Below the pieces are notes generated by a model. It was not told the origin of the DNA and searched no databases. It saw nothing but the letters and a program-made list of their open reading frames with translations. A DNA stretch of 64,000 nucleotides from an uncultured delta proteobacterium (GTDB lineage Bacteria > Desulfobacterota > Desulfobacteria > Desulfobacterales > JAHEIW01), in NCBI GenBank assembly GCA_963706575.1, contig CAVPNL010000004.1:320001-384000 (forward strand), given 5' to 3'. Position numbers and translations under genes: made by a program. Below are positions 60,869-64,000 of the stretch, piece after piece (within the stretch, counting starts at the first letter, position 1; every line of letters begins with the position of its first letter).

Positions 60869-61834
60869 TCATCCCCACAGTGCGTGAAACACTTTGAAAA
60901 ATAGATACGCCGCTGCCGCAGCCAGAGTGGGCATTAAAAACCAGCCCATTAATATGGTGAATACCATCTTCGCACGAATCGCTTTAGCACCTTTTACAAG
61001 ACCGACACCGACAACAGCCCCCACGATAGCCGATGAAGTCGATACCGGAATTCCGAGCATTGAAAAAAGGTGCATCCCGAATGCCGCTGAGATCTGGGCG
61101 ATAAAAGCTGCCGGAATGTCCAGGCGGGTAATACCGCTTCCGACAGTATGCGCAACTTTTTTGCCGTATGTTGCCGCGCCGGCCGCAATGCTCAAACCGC
61201 CGATAAACAGTAAAATCGTTGGATGGAAAATCCCCAGATTGGCGATCGGGCCTACCGCTGCGCCGGCGTGGTTGGCCCCCAGAGCGTAAGCCGCATAGCA
61301 GGCAGACAAAATCGCCAGGCGCCCCATGGCATGCTGCATCAACAATGATCGAGATTCAAATTTTCTGAGAATAAAATTCACCACATGCATCAGGGCAAAT
61401 GCAAGCACCAGTACCATGATGGGGCAAAGAATCCAGCTTTCTGCGATGGCAATCAATTTAAAATAGTTGATTTCGGCCCCCAGCGCAAGACCGATGCCCA
61501 CAACGCCTCCGACAATCGCCTGAGAGGTGGATGTGGGAATTCTAAAAAACGTCGCCAGGGTCACAAAAAAACCGGAACAGATCAACGCAATGGCAACCGC
61601 CGGATAACTCAAATCGGTTTTTACAATACCCTTGCCGATGGTGTGCATGACATGCTGACCCTGGAGCAGTGCACCCAAAAGCGCAAACACAGACACCAGA
61701 ATGACGGCATTTTTGAATGAAATGAGCCCGCATCCCACCGAGGTGCCCACGCAATTGGCCGTATCATTCGCGCCGATATTCCAACCAACATATGCGCCGG
61801 CACCCAATATTAAAAGAAGTATGCCCTCGATCGT
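60869..61834 (-). CDS. PiT family inorganic phosphate transporter
   Basis: GANDTAN, PTSTSQA, PVSTS; best RBS-spaced start codon is ACG at 61834. Confidence 0.88.
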   Translation of the reverse strand, partial: TIEGILLLILGAGAYVGWNIGANDTANCVGTSVGCGLISFKNAVILVSVFALLGALLQGQHVMHTIGKGIVKTDLSYPAVAIALICSGFFVTLATFFRIPTSTSQAIVGGVVGIGLALGAEINYFKLIAIAESWILCPIMVLVLAFALMHVVNFILRKFESRSLLMQHAMGRLAILSACYAAYALGANHAGAAVGPIANLGIFHPTILLFIGGLSIAAGAATYGKKVAHTVGSGITRLDIPAAFIAQISAAFGMHLFSMLGIPVSTSSAIVGAVVGVGLVKGAKAIRAKMVFTILMGWFLMPTLAAAAAYLFFKVFHALWG

Positions 61835-62064
61835 ACTTGCTCCTCCGCTTCAATTGAGCCGATCAAAAAAAGCCTGCTTTAGCATAAATTTTTATAACAT
61901 ATTTATTTTTATAGAAATTTATTGATAAGTCAAAATATTAATTTGCATGCGACAAAGATTCACCGGTTATATCTTAATCCCGAATAGACCTTGCGTCGTG
62001 AAAAGCACTTTCCGATGACGTTGATGATACTTTCTGCAATCATGGAAAACCGGCTCGCAGCCTC

Positions 62065-62937
62065 CTATCGGCTTAACCCGATAAGAGCGACCCCTAACGC
62101 AATCAAAAAAGCGCCGATCAATCTGGGCTGCCGATGGCCTTCTCCAAGCCATATGATCCCGAACAAAGCAGAAAAGACGATGCTCACCTCCCTTACCGCC
62201 ACGACATAGCTGACATTGCTGGTTTGCATGGCCAAAAGGACCAACAGGTAGGTGAATGCGACCAGAAAGCCGACAACCATGATGGGACCTTTATTGATCT
62301 GCCATTCCGGCTTTAACGCCTTTCTTTCTTTAATCAGCACGTAGGGTGTCAAAAAAATCAGGGGGATCAAAAATATAAAATAGATGTACACCGCCGGGTG
62401 CACTGATTTTACACCCACCTTATCCACCAGTGAATAGGCCGCGATGGTGCAACCGGTCAGCAGGGCCCAGATTGAGGCGGCGCTGCGAATCGCTGTGAAG
62501 GGCTCAAAAAGCGTTTTAAATGAAAAGGATTTTAAGTGAATGGCATAAATACCAACAATTACGAGAGCAATACCGCTGATCCCCGGTAGGCTCAGCTGCT
62601 CACGTAAAATGACCACAGCCAGAATCGGCACCCAAAAAGGCCCAAACCCCCTTGCCAGGGGATACACCACCGAAAGATCTCCCTGTTCATATGAGCTGCC
62701 GACAAAGAAAAAATAGAAGGTATGCAGTATGCCCGTAGCAACAATGCAGGCCCAGCCCGCAGTTGAAATCTTCATTCCGACATAGAAATACAGAAACATG
62801 GGAAAATAAAAAACAACAGCGAAAAGGATAAACCACCAGATAAAGGCAATTTTATTGCGGCTTTTCTTTGCCAGATAATTCCAGAAGGCATGCAAAAAAG
62901 CGGCGACAAGAACGATTAACAGGGCAGTGCCGGTCAT
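62065..62937 (-). CDS. EamA/DMT transporter
   Basis: AAFLHAFWN, GDLSVVYPLARG, YSLVDK, REVS. Confidence 0.88.
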   Translation of the reverse strand: MTGTALLIVLVAAFLHAFWNYLAKKSRNKIAFIWWFILFAVVFYFPMFLYFYVGMKISTAGWACIVATGILHTFYFFFVGSSYEQGDLSVVYPLARGFGPFWVPILAVVILREQLSLPGISGIALVIVGIYAIHLKSFSFKTLFEPFTAIRSAASIWALLTGCTIAAYSLVDKVGVKSVHPAVYIYFIFLIPLIFLTPYVLIKERKALKPEWQINKGPIMVVGFLVAFTYLLVLLAMQTSNVSYVVAVREVSIVFSALFGIIWLGEGHRQPRLIGAFLIALGVALIGLSR

Positions 62938-62941
62938 ACTG

Positions 62942-63553
62942 TTAGCAACTCTCGCTGGTGAGTTTCGAACAAGCCTTGCGATAGTCCGAGATTTCGCCGG
63001 AAAGATCCATGGGTGTGAGATAATCGATAAGATCATCGGGTGAGAACGGCAGATATTTAAAAATATGTTTCTCCAGTGCTGCTGTTTTTTCCCACAGCAA
63101 TTCAATTCGGCGTTTGTGCTCGGGCTGAGTCCCGTACCTTTCCTGGATGTAGCTCATGCGATCATCCAGTGAAACGATCCGGTCATGGAGCACGCGCTTG
63201 TCGGCATAATTAACAATCACTGCTTCTGAGAAATTTTGAGGTTCGGAATAATTATCGAGGCGGACGTGCTGCCTGACGAGATCGCCGACCTGTGGATATC
63301 CAAAATCGGTCAGAACCTGCCCGCCGGTCAGCGCGTGGTTTTCCTCGGTTTCAAAACTGCGGGTCTTGGTAATATCATGCAGCAGCGCAGCAGCCTGCAC
63401 CAGTTGCCCGTTGAGTTGACTGCCCTGAAGTATGATATGATCCACCAGACACTCGCCAACCCGGCACACCTGGATGGAGTGAGCCACGATATTCTCGAGC
63501 ATTTGCATCCGGCACATGAGTTGAAAACAATTATTTTTAGACGGGATATTCAT
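62942..63553 (-). CDS. HD domain protein
   Basis: HS...ALLHDITK...H, VNYADKRV. Confidence 0.88.
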   Translation of the reverse strand: MNIPSKNNCFQLMCRMQMLENIVAHSIQVCRVGECLVDHIILQGSQLNGQLVQAAALLHDITKTRSFETEENHALTGGQVLTDFGYPQVGDLVRQHVRLDNYSEPQNFSEAVIVNYADKRVLHDRIVSLDDRMSYIQERYGTQPEHKRRIELLWEKTAALEKHIFKYLPFSPDDLIDYLTPMDLSGEISDYRKACSKLTSESC

Positions 63554-64000
63554 TTTGCAAGAATTAAATCCACCATTTCGGCAAACCCATGGCCGCCTTC
63601 CTGTTGGGTCACCCAGACCGGTTTATGCGTAATTTTTTCTTTAAACTGTAAAATATTCGCCACTCCCACCGAATGCGGAAAAAATTGGAACATGGGAACG
63701 TCATTGGGAGAATCCCCGATGAAAATGATGTTTTCTTTTACGGCTGCCAGATCTTCTTCGAACACCTCGGCAAACAGCAGCCGCGTCATGCTGAGCTTGT
63801 CATATTGACCGAACCAGCCGTTGACATGAATGGAGCTGATTTTGGCCCGGGCGCCCGCTTCTTCGAAAAGCCGCACGATTCGATCGATGTCTTCCATGGA
63901 CAGGGGCGGTACATCTTCGCAATAATCAATGGCCAGATCGGCTTCCCGATAGTGCTGATCGGCAGATACCCGGCAGCCGGGTATTTTATCTAAAATTTCC
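63550..64000 (-). CDS. HAD-IIB family hydrolase, 5' end outside window
   Basis: SSIHVNGW, FIGDSPND, SVGVAN; frame continues upstream. Confidence 0.85.
   Translation of the reverse strand, partial: EILDKIPGCRVSADQHYREADLAIDYCEDVPPLSMEDIDRIVRLFEEAGARAKISSIHVNGWFGQYDKLSMTRLLFAEVFEEDLAAVKENIIFIGDSPNDVPMFQFFPHSVGVANILQFKEKITHKPVWVTQQEGGHGFAEMVDLILAK

Noticed and set aside
1..64000. tRNA/rRNA genes, prophage, transposase or integrase genes
   Set aside because: None recognised by eye.

Overview
A 64-kb chromosomal segment from a sulfate-reducing Desulfobacterota-like bacterium. Inferred from dsrC, hdrA-flx, cytochrome c3 and ahbA. Most of it is metabolic or regulatory: ppdK, fatty-acid beta-oxidation genes, miaA, a selenocysteine-containing HdrA-FlxDCBA operon next to dsrC, a sigma54/multi-receiver/CBS/DASS/CLC cluster, and a PiT phosphate transporter. 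Less ordinary elements: (1) a partial bacterial teneurin-like giant protein missed by the ORF track; (2) two tandem pairs of NrdR-type boxes overlapping divergent promoters of a GGDEF gene and a PilZ gene; (3) an ~11.7-kb AT-rich island (about 30390-42078) that appears to sit inside a single split MITE. The island carries a sigma28 > c-di-GMP-I riboswitch > 33-aa membrane peptide unit, two integron gene cassettes with no integrase, a caspase/DUF4384/lipoprotein module and a recurring TTGTGATAT motif. Many MITE, REP and inverted micro-repeat elements fill the intergenic spaces. Three frameshifts may be assembly errors. All calls come from reading motifs by eye; no searches were run.
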